Shown here in pieces: positions 20,265-29,366 of a stretch of 64,000 nucleotides of DNA (the stretch's first letter is position 1; the number at the start of each line of letters is the position of its first letter). This DNA is from Candidatus Woesearchaeota archaeon (GTDB taxonomy: Archaea > Nanobdellota > Nanobdellia > Woesearchaeales > SKGA01). A program made the position numbers and the translations under genes. A model generated the notes under the pieces. It saw nothing but the letters and a program-made list of their open reading frames with translations. It was not told the origin of the DNA and searched no databases. Where the stretch lies: assembly GCA_046546105.1 (NCBI GenBank), contig JBKGYN010000003.1, positions 2,178 through 66,177 on the forward strand, written 5' to 3'.

Positions 20265-20594
20265 TTACGCTTTAGCGAGTGCCTGATCGATCTTCTGTTT
20301 GAGCAGGTCTTTCGGTGCGAAGCCCACGATCCGATCCACTTCCTTACCGTCTTTCATGACAAGCAGCGTAGGAATACCCTGGATGCCGAATTCTCCCGCG
20401 AGTTGCGGATGGTCTTCAGTGTTGAGTTTGGAGAATACCGCTTTCCCATCGTATTCGCCGCTGAGCTCTTCAAAGACAGGTCCCATCATCTGGCATGGTC
20501 CGCACCATGGAGCCCAGAAATCAACAAGGACTGGAAGATCAGATTGTTTGACCACTTCATCAAAATTATCCGGTGTTATGTGTGTAACTGCCAT
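20265..20594 (-). CDS. trxA: Thioredoxin
   Basis: VDFWAPWCGPC and IPT cis-Pro loop. GGTGA SD. Confidence 0.97.
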   Translation of the reverse strand: MAVTHITPDNFDEVVKQSDLPVLVDFWAPWCGPCQMMGPVFEELSGEYDGKAVFSKLNTEDHPQLAGEFGIQGIPTLLVMKDGKEVDRIVGFAPKDLLKQKIDQALAKA

Positions 20595-20641
20595 GTTCTT
20601 TCACCCTGTTTTTGTTCAATCATTCTTTCTTTTTAAGACTT

Positions 20642-20658
20642 GTGCAAGTAGTTTGCAC
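20642..20658. promoter_or_regulatory. Inverted repeat GTGCAA-N5-TTGCAC, candidate operator of the trxA-trxB-regulator operon
   Basis: Perfect 6-bp arms, located between the minus-strand TATA-like element (~20682-20690) and the trxA start. Confidence 0.45.
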
Positions 20659-20779
20659 TTGTGGGAGAAATACGCACATTATTTATATATTTGCTGGAAG
20701 TGTGCGTTTTGGAGAACGACACACCCACTAGTCTGTGTCCAAAACACATAAAAAGAGCACTCCCCCTCAATGTAACATA

Positions 20780-21925
20780 ATGGAACCTGTTGTTAACCCA
20801 TACGAAGTATCAGGCCATGTCGATTACGAGCGCCTGATCAAAGAGTTCGGTATCAACCCCTTGAAAAAAAAGGATCTTGATCGAATAGAGGATGTCGCCG
20901 GCGAGCTCCACATGTTCCTTCGCAGAGGCATGTTCTTCGCTCACCGCGATCTCAAGTGGTGCCTTGACGAGTATAAGAAAGGAAACCAGTTCTTCCTCTA
21001 TACCGGTCTTGGCCCTTCAGGTCCCATTCATCTCGGTCATCTCGCTACATGGCGGTTCACGAAGTGGCTTCAGGACGTGTTTGACGTCGAATTGTGGTTC
21101 CAGTTCACCGATGATGAGAAGTTCCTCTTCAAGGAGAAAAGCTATGATGAGATCCAGAAGTGGACGCACGAGAACATGCTTGATATCATCGCTCTCGGTT
21201 TCAATCCTGAAAAGACCCACTTCCTTGTTGACACGAAGCACGCTGGTTTGATGTATCCTGAAGCTATCAAAGTCGCTAAGAAGATCACATTCTCCACGAT
21301 CAAGAGCGCCTTCGGCTTCACTGACTCGAATAACATCGGCAGTATCTTCTACACGGCGATGCAGACCGTACCAGTCTTTCTCCCTAACGTTCTCAGGGGC
21401 GAGAAGCGACCGTGTCTCATCCCTCTCGGTGTCGATCAGGATCCTCACTTCAGGATTTCTCGTGATGTTCTTGAGAAGCTTGGTCATTACAAGCCGGCGA
21501 TCATGCACGGTAAGATGATGCCGCCGCTCTCAGGTTTCGATGATAAGATGAGCAGCAGCTCTTCGAGCATGGATAAGACCATCCTGACCACTGACATACC
21601 AAAGCAGGTCAAGAAGAAGATCAACAAGCACGCATTGTCCGGCGGCAAGGATACTGTCGAGGAACACCGTGAGCATGGCGGTGACACTGATAAGGATATC
21701 GCGTTCCAGTGGCTCCGTTACTTCGAGGATGATGATAAGAGGCTTGATGACATCAAACGGAAGTACGAATCCGGCGAGATGCTCAGCGGCGAGTTGAAAG
21801 CGATTCTTATCGAAAAGGTCAATGACTTCCTCGCAGAGCATCAGAAGCGTCGGGAGAAAGCCAAGGACATGCTTGACCAGTTCATCTACGATCCTACAAA
21901 GGATCCTGATGCAAAGAAGGAGTGA
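20780..21925 (+). CDS. trpS: Tryptophanyl-tRNA synthetase (archaeal/eukaryotic type)
   Basis: V.P..V.G.VDY..LI.EFG, LYTG.GPS, HLGH, TDDEK, DQDPHFR and KMSSS. Confidence 0.96.
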   Translation: MEPVVNPYEVSGHVDYERLIKEFGINPLKKKDLDRIEDVAGELHMFLRRGMFFAHRDLKWCLDEYKKGNQFFLYTGLGPSGPIHLGHLATWRFTKWLQDVFDVELWFQFTDDEKFLFKEKSYDEIQKWTHENMLDIIALGFNPEKTHFLVDTKHAGLMYPEAIKVAKKITFSTIKSAFGFTDSNNIGSIFYTAMQTVPVFLPNVLRGEKRPCLIPLGVDQDPHFRISRDVLEKLGHYKPAIMHGKMMPPLSGFDDKMSSSSSSMDKTILTTDIPKQVKKKINKHALSGGKDTVEEHREHGGDTDKDIAFQWLRYFEDDDKRLDDIKRKYESGEMLSGELKAILIEKVNDFLAEHQKRREKAKDMLDQFIYDPTKDPDAKKE

Positions 21926-22045
21926 ATACAACCCATCTTGTTTTCACCTCCATAATTCTTTTTTTCAAGTCTCACATCATGTCTTTAAAAGCATAGGATT
22001 AGGCAACAAAAGGTATAAAAATACCCTTCTATCACTTACATCACC

Positions 22046-24619
22046 ATGGGGTCGTTTGAAGAGATTGATCAGTCAGATCTGACACCTGCGATGCGACAGT
22101 ACGTTGATATCAAGCGCCAGAACATGGATTCGATAGTCTTGTTTCGCATGGGCGATTTCTACGAGACATTCTATGATGACGCCATTGTAGCGGCTGACGT
22201 TCTCAACATCACGCTCACGTCGAGAAAGCAAGGCAAGGGCAAAGCTCCACTTGCAGGCATCCCGTTCCATGCTGCCGAGACATATGTCAAGCGTCTCATA
22301 GAAGCCGGTAAAAAGGTCGTTATCGTCGAGCAGCTTGAAGATCCGAAGAAAGCCAAGAAGGTCGTCAAGCGCGGTGTCACGCGCATCATCACCCCCGGAA
22401 CTGTTCTCGAGGATAACATCCTCTCCCCTACCACGAATAATTATCTCGCCAGCATCATTCTTGAGGGTAAGCGCTTTGGGATTGCCGTGTGCGATGTGTC
22501 CACTTCGGAAGTCTTCATGACACAGAGTGATGATAAGAACTTGCTTTTCGGAGAGTTAGAGAAATTCCGTCCTGCTGAGCTTGTCGTCAAGGGTTCCTTC
22601 GCCTCGCAAGAAGTGATTGATACCTGTCAGCATCTCGATATCACAATCTCCCGCGTTGATGACGAATTGTTTGATGTGGAGACCGCACTTCACATAGCTG
22701 GTAAGCAATTCGACAAGAAAAAGCTCAACGCGATTTCAAAGCATAACGAGCTGGCCATTTCCGCTCTCGGCCCGTTGGTCTCGTATGTCAAGCGCAACCT
22801 CCTCAAGGACGAGACTTATCTCTCATTTCCAGAGCTCTATTCATTAAGCCAATCGATGGTGCTCGATCAGACGACGCAGCGTAACCTCGAGCTCGTGTCA
22901 AACCAGATCGATGGAAGTCGTAAAGGCACCTTATTCTCCACGCTCAATCACACGATGACTGGCATGGGCGCTCGTTACCTGCAAAAGCTCATCCTCTCCC
23001 CCTCACTCGATCTCGATACGATCACGAAGCGCCAGGATGCAGTCGAATCCTTATTCCAGAATCCCATCCTCCTTGGCGATTTGCGCGAATCGCTTCGTGG
23101 TTGTAGCGACCTCCAGCGTCTTGTCGCCAGAGCGACCTACGGCTCCATCAATCCAAAGGAAGTCATCAGCCTGGCTCAGACCATCGAGACATTCAGCATC
23201 ATCAAGAAATTGCTCACGCAGACTGAATCCTCATTGTTCTCGGAAAGTCTTGATGTTCCTGACAACGAAAAGCTCGCATCCTCCATCCGCTCGACGATAA
23301 AGGATGAGCCTGCGACCAGTGTCCGCGAGGGTAATATCATCAAGGAAAGCGTGAGTGACGAACTTGACGAGCTGCGCACCCTCGCTTCCGACTCGAAAAC
23401 ATGGCTTCGTGATTTTGAGGAGCAGGAGCGTGAAAAGACCGGCATCAAGTCCTTGAAGGTCAAGTATAACAAGGTCTTCGGTTATTTCATCGAAGTCACG
23501 AAGGCAAACCTTCATCTCGTCCCCGATCATTACATCCGCAAGCAGACGCAAGTCAATAGCGAACGATACATCACTGACGAGCTCAAGGATAAGGAATCTC
23601 AACTTCTCGGCGCGCGAGAGCGTGCGAACACACTGGAGTTCGAACTCTTCCAGGAAACCATCAGGACGATCGTGTCGTATCAGGAAACGCTCAAGCGATC
23701 AGGGTCAGTACTCTCTCTCATCGACGCGATGCAGAGTCTCGCCCATGTGGCAAACAAGAATTCGTATTGCCGTCCGGAACTATCCGCTTCAGGCGATACT
23801 GTAATCCAGAAGGGTCGTCATCCTGTTGTTGAGCAACACGCTTCCTTTGTCGCCAATAACACCTTGTTCAAGGAGAAGGACACACTCCATGTCATCACAG
23901 GTCCTAATATGGCCGGTAAGAGCACGTATTTGCGACAGGTAGCGCTCATAACTCTCATGGCCCAGACTGGCAGTTTCGTTCCTGCAACGGATGCTCGTAT
24001 CGCGATTGTCGATCGCATATTCACGAGAGTCGGAGCTCACGATAATCTTTCCCAAGGTGAATCCACGTTCATGGTGGAGATGACCGAGACAGCCAACATC
24101 CTCAAGAACGCCACATCGAAATCGCTCATCATCCTTGATGAGATCGGTCGCGGGACATCGACATATGATGGTTTTTCCATCGCCTGGGCTGTCGCCCGTC
24201 ACATCGTTACGCGCATCGGTGCTAAAGCTCTCTTCGCCACTCATTATCACCAGCTCAACACGCTTGCTGGCGAGTTCGAGAGCGTGAAGAATTATCATAG
24301 CACTGTCGAGGAAAGCGAACACGGTCTCATATTCCTTCGTAAAATCCTTCCAGGCAGCACGGACAAGAGTTTTGGAGTTCACGTTGCCAAGATTGCAGGT
24401 GTTCCTGACGAGGTCATCAGTGATGCCCAGTCCATGATGGAAACATTGGAAGCTGAAGATAGGATCCTCGCACAATCGCAATCACACAAGAACAGCGACG
24501 GCTCCACACAAAAACAAAATATTGGGCCGCACGAACAACAATCCCGATCCGAAGAAGTCACTGAAGAGAAGCTCGGCAGCACAGGCCAGCTCTCTCTTGA
24601 GTCATTCGAGAAAAATTGA
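22046..24619 (+). CDS. mutS: DNA mismatch repair protein MutS (MutS1)
   Basis: TPAMRQY, FRMGDFYE mismatch-binding motif, TGPNMAGKSTY, STFMVEM, DEIGRGTS and FATHYH. Confidence 0.97.
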   Translation: MGSFEEIDQSDLTPAMRQYVDIKRQNMDSIVLFRMGDFYETFYDDAIVAADVLNITLTSRKQGKGKAPLAGIPFHAAETYVKRLIEAGKKVVIVEQLEDPKKAKKVVKRGVTRIITPGTVLEDNILSPTTNNYLASIILEGKRFGIAVCDVSTSEVFMTQSDDKNLLFGELEKFRPAELVVKGSFASQEVIDTCQHLDITISRVDDELFDVETALHIAGKQFDKKKLNAISKHNELAISALGPLVSYVKRNLLKDETYLSFPELYSLSQSMVLDQTTQRNLELVSNQIDGSRKGTLFSTLNHTMTGMGARYLQKLILSPSLDLDTITKRQDAVESLFQNPILLGDLRESLRGCSDLQRLVARATYGSINPKEVISLAQTIETFSIIKKLLTQTESSLFSESLDVPDNEKLASSIRSTIKDEPATSVREGNIIKESVSDELDELRTLASDSKTWLRDFEEQEREKTGIKSLKVKYNKVFGYFIEVTKANLHLVPDHYIRKQTQVNSERYITDELKDKESQLLGARERANTLEFELFQETIRTIVSYQETLKRSGSVLSLIDAMQSLAHVANKNSYCRPELSASGDTVIQKGRHPVVEQHASFVANNTLFKEKDTLHVITGPNMAGKSTYLRQVALITLMAQTGSFVPATDARIAIVDRIFTRVGAHDNLSQGESTFMVEMTETANILKNATSKSLIILDEIGRGTSTYDGFSIAWAVARHIVTRIGAKALFATHYHQLNTLAGEFESVKNYHSTVEESEHGLIFLRKILPGSTDKSFGVHVAKIAGVPDEVISDAQSMMETLEAEDRILAQSQSHKNSDGSTQKQNIGPHEQQSRSEEVTEEKLGSTGQLSLESFEKN

Positions 24620-24639
24620 ACTGGAAAAAACCCTTTACG

Positions 24640-26601
24640 ATGACAGACACTAACGATATCCGATTGCTTCCTGACGAGCTTATCAATAAGATCGCTGCTG
24701 GCGAGGTCATCGAACGTCCCGCCAATGTCGTCAAAGAAATCGTTGAGAACGCTCTTGACGCAGGCGCTAGGAAAGTCAACGTCTCGCTTGAAGATGGTGG
24801 TAAGAGTTTCATCCGCATAGAAGACGACGGGAGCGGCATCAGCGACATCACAACCGCTATAGAGCGTCATGCTACAAGTAAAATCCACACTGAAGAAGAC
24901 CTCGATCGCATCAGCACTCTTGGTTTCAGGGGAGAAGCGCTTGCCAGCATCTGCGCCATCTCGAAAGTCGAAATCCAGTCGAAAACAGAAATGATGAGCG
25001 AAGGGATCAAAGCAATCATTGAAAACGGTTCCGTGCTCAAGACCTCTAAAGTCCCGATGGATACTGGCACCATCATCACGATCAGGAATCTGTTCTACAA
25101 CACGCCCGCTCGTCAGAAATTTCTCAAATCGACTGCTGTCGAGAGGCGTCATTGTCAGGACATCCTGACCAAACTCTCCTTGTGTCAGCCTAAGGTCGAC
25201 ATTCGCCTGTCACATGATGGTAATGAGCTTCTTCACGCCACCCCCCATGATGATCTCAAGCAACGCGTAGCCAGTATTTATGATGTCGAAACCGCAAAGT
25301 CAATGCTTCCAATCAGTTTCGAGGATGATTTGTTCCGTATCACCGGTCTCACAGGTATTCCTTATAGCACAAGAAAGGACAAGAGTCGCCAGACCATCCT
25401 TATCAACCATCGTCCTGTTTCAGCTCCTGCTGTACGTCAGGGAGCGTATGACGCCTACCAGTCGCTTCGTTTCCTCGATCAGCATCCTGTATTCATCATT
25501 TCTATCGAATTAGATCCTACATTGGTCGATGTGAACGTTCATCCGACCAAGCAGGTTGTTCGTCTTTCTCACGAGGAACAGCTCGAGCGTGCTGTCTTTG
25601 AAGCTTGTACAAAAGCTCTGGAGAGCAACAACCTTACTCCTGAAGTGAATGCTTCAGAAAAAGTCTCTTCCAAACCTCAACAAACGAGTTTTCCCCCTCC
25701 AGAATTTCTCCCGTCTGAAATCCATCCTGCTCCTGATGATAAGCAGACACTTCTTGATATCCAACCAGAACCGGAACACCCATCACGATCTCATGAACCG
25801 ATTATGACCGGAAAGGAAAGCATCGTTGCCGATGACAGAGAGCAATATATCCAACAAGACCATATATCTGGCGAGAAACAGCCAGTCACGAACGAGACCC
25901 GTCCTGGAACCACAGGTTCACAGGATAATATAAGTGTCGAGCACGATAAGACAGCTCAACCCGCATCCGAGGAGAGGACAACCCCTAATGTTTCTGAAAC
26001 AGGAAAAAGTGCTTTTCATCATGATTTCGGCATCACCAGGATTTTCGGCCAATTATCACGCCTGTATATTCTTGCTGCATCAAGCAAGGGTCTTGTGATT
26101 ATTGACCAACATGCTGCTGAAGAGAGAATCCTCTTTGAGGAATTTCTTGACGGATTCAAGAAGGATTCAGTACCCTCGCAAGCACTGTTTAAACCTATCA
26201 TTTCGGAGGTTTCACCGTTGCAGATGGAAGAATATCAGGCTAATGCCGAACTCCTTTCAAAAGCAGGTTTTCGTATCGATGAATTCGGCGAGACCGAAAT
26301 CAAGATTTCTGCGATACCGGAGCTTTTCGGTAATATCGAGAAATCCTTTTTTACCGAGATTCTTGACGAGTTCAGTCTCATCCGTAAAGGTAAAGTCACT
26401 TCCTCTTCTCTACACACACTTGCTACAAAGGCTTGTAAGGCTGCCGTCAAAGCAGGTGATGAGCTCACTCCGCCCCAGATGAAACGCTTGATTAAACGCA
26501 TGGAATCTTGTAAACGTCCTTTTACATGCCCGCACGGTCGTCCGACTATCATTTCCATAACTCCGTACGAGCTTGAGAAGATGTTCCGTCGCAAAGCTTG
26601 A
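24640..26601 (+). CDS. mutL: DNA mismatch repair endonuclease MutL
   Basis: IAAGEVIERP, ENALDA, GFRGEALAS, DVNVHP, and endonuclease motifs DQHAAEERILFE, ACK and CPHGRP. Confidence 0.97.
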   Translation: MTDTNDIRLLPDELINKIAAGEVIERPANVVKEIVENALDAGARKVNVSLEDGGKSFIRIEDDGSGISDITTAIERHATSKIHTEEDLDRISTLGFRGEALASICAISKVEIQSKTEMMSEGIKAIIENGSVLKTSKVPMDTGTIITIRNLFYNTPARQKFLKSTAVERRHCQDILTKLSLCQPKVDIRLSHDGNELLHATPHDDLKQRVASIYDVETAKSMLPISFEDDLFRITGLTGIPYSTRKDKSRQTILINHRPVSAPAVRQGAYDAYQSLRFLDQHPVFIISIELDPTLVDVNVHPTKQVVRLSHEEQLERAVFEACTKALESNNLTPEVNASEKVSSKPQQTSFPPPEFLPSEIHPAPDDKQTLLDIQPEPEHPSRSHEPIMTGKESIVADDREQYIQQDHISGEKQPVTNETRPGTTGSQDNISVEHDKTAQPASEERTTPNVSETGKSAFHHDFGITRIFGQLSRLYILAASSKGLVIIDQHAAEERILFEEFLDGFKKDSVPSQALFKPIISEVSPLQMEEYQANAELLSKAGFRIDEFGETEIKISAIPELFGNIEKSFFTEILDEFSLIRKGKVTSSSLHTLATKACKAAVKAGDELTPPQMKRLIKRMESCKRPFTCPHGRPTIISITPYELEKMFRRKA

Positions 26602-26686
26602 ACTGGCGGGCGCACATCAATCCCAAAGACCGGTTGTAAGAATAAACCATCCTATTGCTAGACTGAAAAGAAAAAAGCCAAGAATC

Positions 26687-27616
26687 TTATTTTTCCCATG
26701 AGCTGATGACAAGATCGTAGATTTTACCCTCGTATTTAACTGGCAAGACACGGTGTGCCAGATGCTTGATGGAATCGCTTGTATTCACTTTGAGATTGCT
26801 CGAGATGTCGATTTGTTTCCTTTCTTCTGTGATCACCGGTTCTCCTGCACAGCAGGTTGCATAGACTGTATGCGTGGAGTTCTGTTCGAGTTTGATCTTA
26901 TCACCGATTGGTTTGTAATCACATAGTGTTGCAATCTCGCCAGCATCGTATGATTTTTGCGTTCCCTCATAGCTTGAGAATGAACAGTTGTTAACGCCCG
27001 CACAATCTGCTTTACAGATCTCCCTGAAAGCTCCAGTGCAATCTTCGTGGCATGAACCTTGAGACAGGTATATGGTGGTCTCGTTATGCCCACCTCGAGG
27101 GATATATGTCTCTGCAATTTGTGAGTCGAAATCGCTGTAGATTGCTTTGAATCTGATACGGCCGCTTCGCACCACTTTATTTTCCAAGATTCCGTCTGAC
27201 CCGGTATTTCCCAATGATTCTTCACCATAAGGATAGATGGCGACAACTTCGGAATCTACCGTTCCACCATCTTCAAGTTTCACTTTGACCGTGACTGTGT
27301 TCGTATTGGATTCGTCTTTTCCGCAGTCCGGATCAGGACAGTTCTTGCAGCTTGTACGAACACCATCAGAATAGAAGTCTTCTGGACAGACCCCATCATC
27401 CGCTCCACAAGGGTAGCATTTTCCGCAGATATCGACAGCACCGTATCCTTGGACACTGTTTGGCGTCGCTCCGCAAACAAGCGTGGAGAACGTGGTTTGT
27501 TCATTGCAAGGTTTTGTCGGATCATAATCAGGGTTCGCCTCGATAGCTAGTCCGAAGCTCGCCATTCCAACGATAAGCAGTGCCGACACAATAAAGAATA
27601 ATGAATTGCCCTTCAT
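26687..27616 (-). CDS. Secreted cysteine-rich surface protein
   Basis: N-terminal signal peptide. About 17 Cys in two clusters (e.g. DGVCPEDF, CPDPDC) around a beta-rich domain. Confidence 0.7.
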   Translation of the reverse strand: MKGNSLFFIVSALLIVGMASFGLAIEANPDYDPTKPCNEQTTFSTLVCGATPNSVQGYGAVDICGKCYPCGADDGVCPEDFYSDGVRTSCKNCPDPDCGKDESNTNTVTVKVKLEDGGTVDSEVVAIYPYGEESLGNTGSDGILENKVVRSGRIRFKAIYSDFDSQIAETYIPRGGHNETTIYLSQGSCHEDCTGAFREICKADCAGVNNCSFSSYEGTQKSYDAGEIATLCDYKPIGDKIKLEQNSTHTVYATCCAGEPVITEERKQIDISSNLKVNTSDSIKHLAHRVLPVKYEGKIYDLVISSWEK

Positions 27617-27659
27617 ATGCTTTATACCAGAGACATGAATTTATAAATGTTTCTTTCAC

Positions 27660-28313
27660 TCAGACGTTGTTACTGGAGACAGAGCGTGATTTCTTCTTTT
27701 TTGGTGGCTTTTTAGCTCCTGTTGTTTGTCCAGGGGTTTTTCCGGAGGATCGTTTGCCAGCATAAGTCTTATAGACCTCTGTCATGAGAAGACTGTTAGG
27801 TATGTGGATCACATCCCCTGAACTCGTACGAACCTTCAATTCAAAAATCGTCAATTCTTCAATCACACCCGTTATATTCTGGACCGTGATTGTCTTTCCG
27901 ACTGCCACATCCTTGCGTCCGGACAATTTCCGGTAAGCGATGATATTGGGCATGCTATCTTTTATGCTCAGGATAAGAGATATGGCAAGGACCACGACGA
28001 TGAGAATTGCGACAATATTGAGTATGACAGCAGTAATCCCTATCTTGTTGAGCGCGAGAATGAAGAATACCGTGTAGATGCTGTAAGAAACAAACCCGCT
28101 CACGACCTTTTCAAAAGATGTTTTCAGCTTGGTCTTTTTCCGGACCGCCTCTCCGACCTTGAATTCCTTCAGAATTTTCTCCACGACCTTTCCAAGCACT
28201 CTTCCCAGTATCAGTCCTATGATAAAGAGTATGAAAGCGACCGTGACCGAACTGATAAGCTCGCTTGACTGGAATAGTGGTGGTTGTGCTAGTGTCGTGT
28301 TATTCATCGTCAT
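27660..28313 (-). CDS. Small-conductance mechanosensitive channel (MscS family)
   Basis: Three TM helices, then KD..PNIIA, G..I.V..ITG.I.E and IHIPNS. Confidence 0.8.
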   Translation of the reverse strand: MTMNNTTLAQPPLFQSSELISSVTVAFILFIIGLILGRVLGKVVEKILKEFKVGEAVRKKTKLKTSFEKVVSGFVSYSIYTVFFILALNKIGITAVILNIVAILIVVVLAISLILSIKDSMPNIIAYRKLSGRKDVAVGKTITVQNITGVIEELTIFELKVRTSSGDVIHIPNSLLMTEVYKTYAGKRSSGKTPGQTTGAKKPPKKKKSRSVSSNNV

Positions 28314-28451
28314 TTCACACAGCGTGGTTTATAAGTAGTGCAGTGTGGACATGTGCTTTATAATTGTTTTGCTTCAAAAAAGCCATCATCAAGATTTTGT
28401 TAGAAAATAATTTGTGAAATAAAAAAGCGTTTAAAAAACGAACGTACAGCA

Positions 28452-29366
28452 TTAGAGAGTCGCCAGATAGTCTTTGATATATGCATGACCGTGCTTTCTC
28501 GAAAGCTTTGTTAAGGCATGATGTGTTCTTGAACCGTACTGTGCTGCCTTTTTTGGGCGTTGCGAGAATGAGACTTCAAGACCGAGTTGTTTTGCCGCTT
28601 CCCTCAGGATCAGTTTGCTTCCTCGTTCTGATAGCTTCCATTTAGCAGGAATAGTCATCGCTTTCTCAATAACATCTTCATCCAAAAAAGGTGCGAGTGC
28701 AGTTACGTTGAAGTGTCTTGTGAGTGCGAGTTCTCTGAGAAGGTCTCGCCTGAACATCTTATCAAGACCGTTCCAGCATTCAGCATGGACATTTTCAGAA
28801 TCGGCATGGCGTTTGTATCCTGCAAATATCTCTTCGCTGCCGAGTCCTGTGAAAATGTGGGTTATACCAGGGTTCTCTTTCTTGAGTTGTTTTATCGCTT
28901 CTGCCTCAACGCTCCCTACACCGATATTCACAGCGTTCACCAACTCAGGCCCAAGTATTGAAGCTGTCTCTTTGAACAGTTCTTCTATGCGCTCGAAGTT
29001 GCAAATCTCTTCAATATATTCGAAACCGAGTTTTTCTGAAGTGTCTCTTGCAGCCAATATGTCTTCAGGAAGTTTCTGCCCGGGATTGTCTTGGAATCCG
29101 ATGCTAACTGCTGTAAACGGTCGGGCGTTTTTTTTGAGGATGAAACCGATAAGTGTGGAGTCTATCCCTCCAGAGAACAAGAGACCTATGGCTCCCTGAT
29201 CTAACGCCTGATCAGCTTGCTCGAGAATTGTTTTCTCAAGTAGCGTTCCGATCATCCCGACAGCTTCTTCGTGAGTCTTTAGCGTATCGATTTCAGACCG
29301 TTCTCGTATATGGGCTATATAATTTTGCCATTCAGTTGTTGTTGTCGGGAGTCTCATCGTCAACAT
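28452..29366 (-). CDS. Asparagine-synthetase C-terminal (adenylation) domain protein without glutaminase domain
   Basis: PP-loop LFSGGIDS, TGLGSEEIFAGY, PFLD, K.ILR and RPKKAAQYGS. GAGGT SD. Confidence 0.8.
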   Translation of the reverse strand: MLTMRLPTTTTEWQNYIAHIRERSEIDTLKTHEEAVGMIGTLLEKTILEQADQALDQGAIGLLFSGGIDSTLIGFILKKNARPFTAVSIGFQDNPGQKLPEDILAARDTSEKLGFEYIEEICNFERIEELFKETASILGPELVNAVNIGVGSVEAEAIKQLKKENPGITHIFTGLGSEEIFAGYKRHADSENVHAECWNGLDKMFRRDLLRELALTRHFNVTALAPFLDEDVIEKAMTIPAKWKLSERGSKLILREAAKQLGLEVSFSQRPKKAAQYGSRTHHALTKLSRKHGHAYIKDYLATL

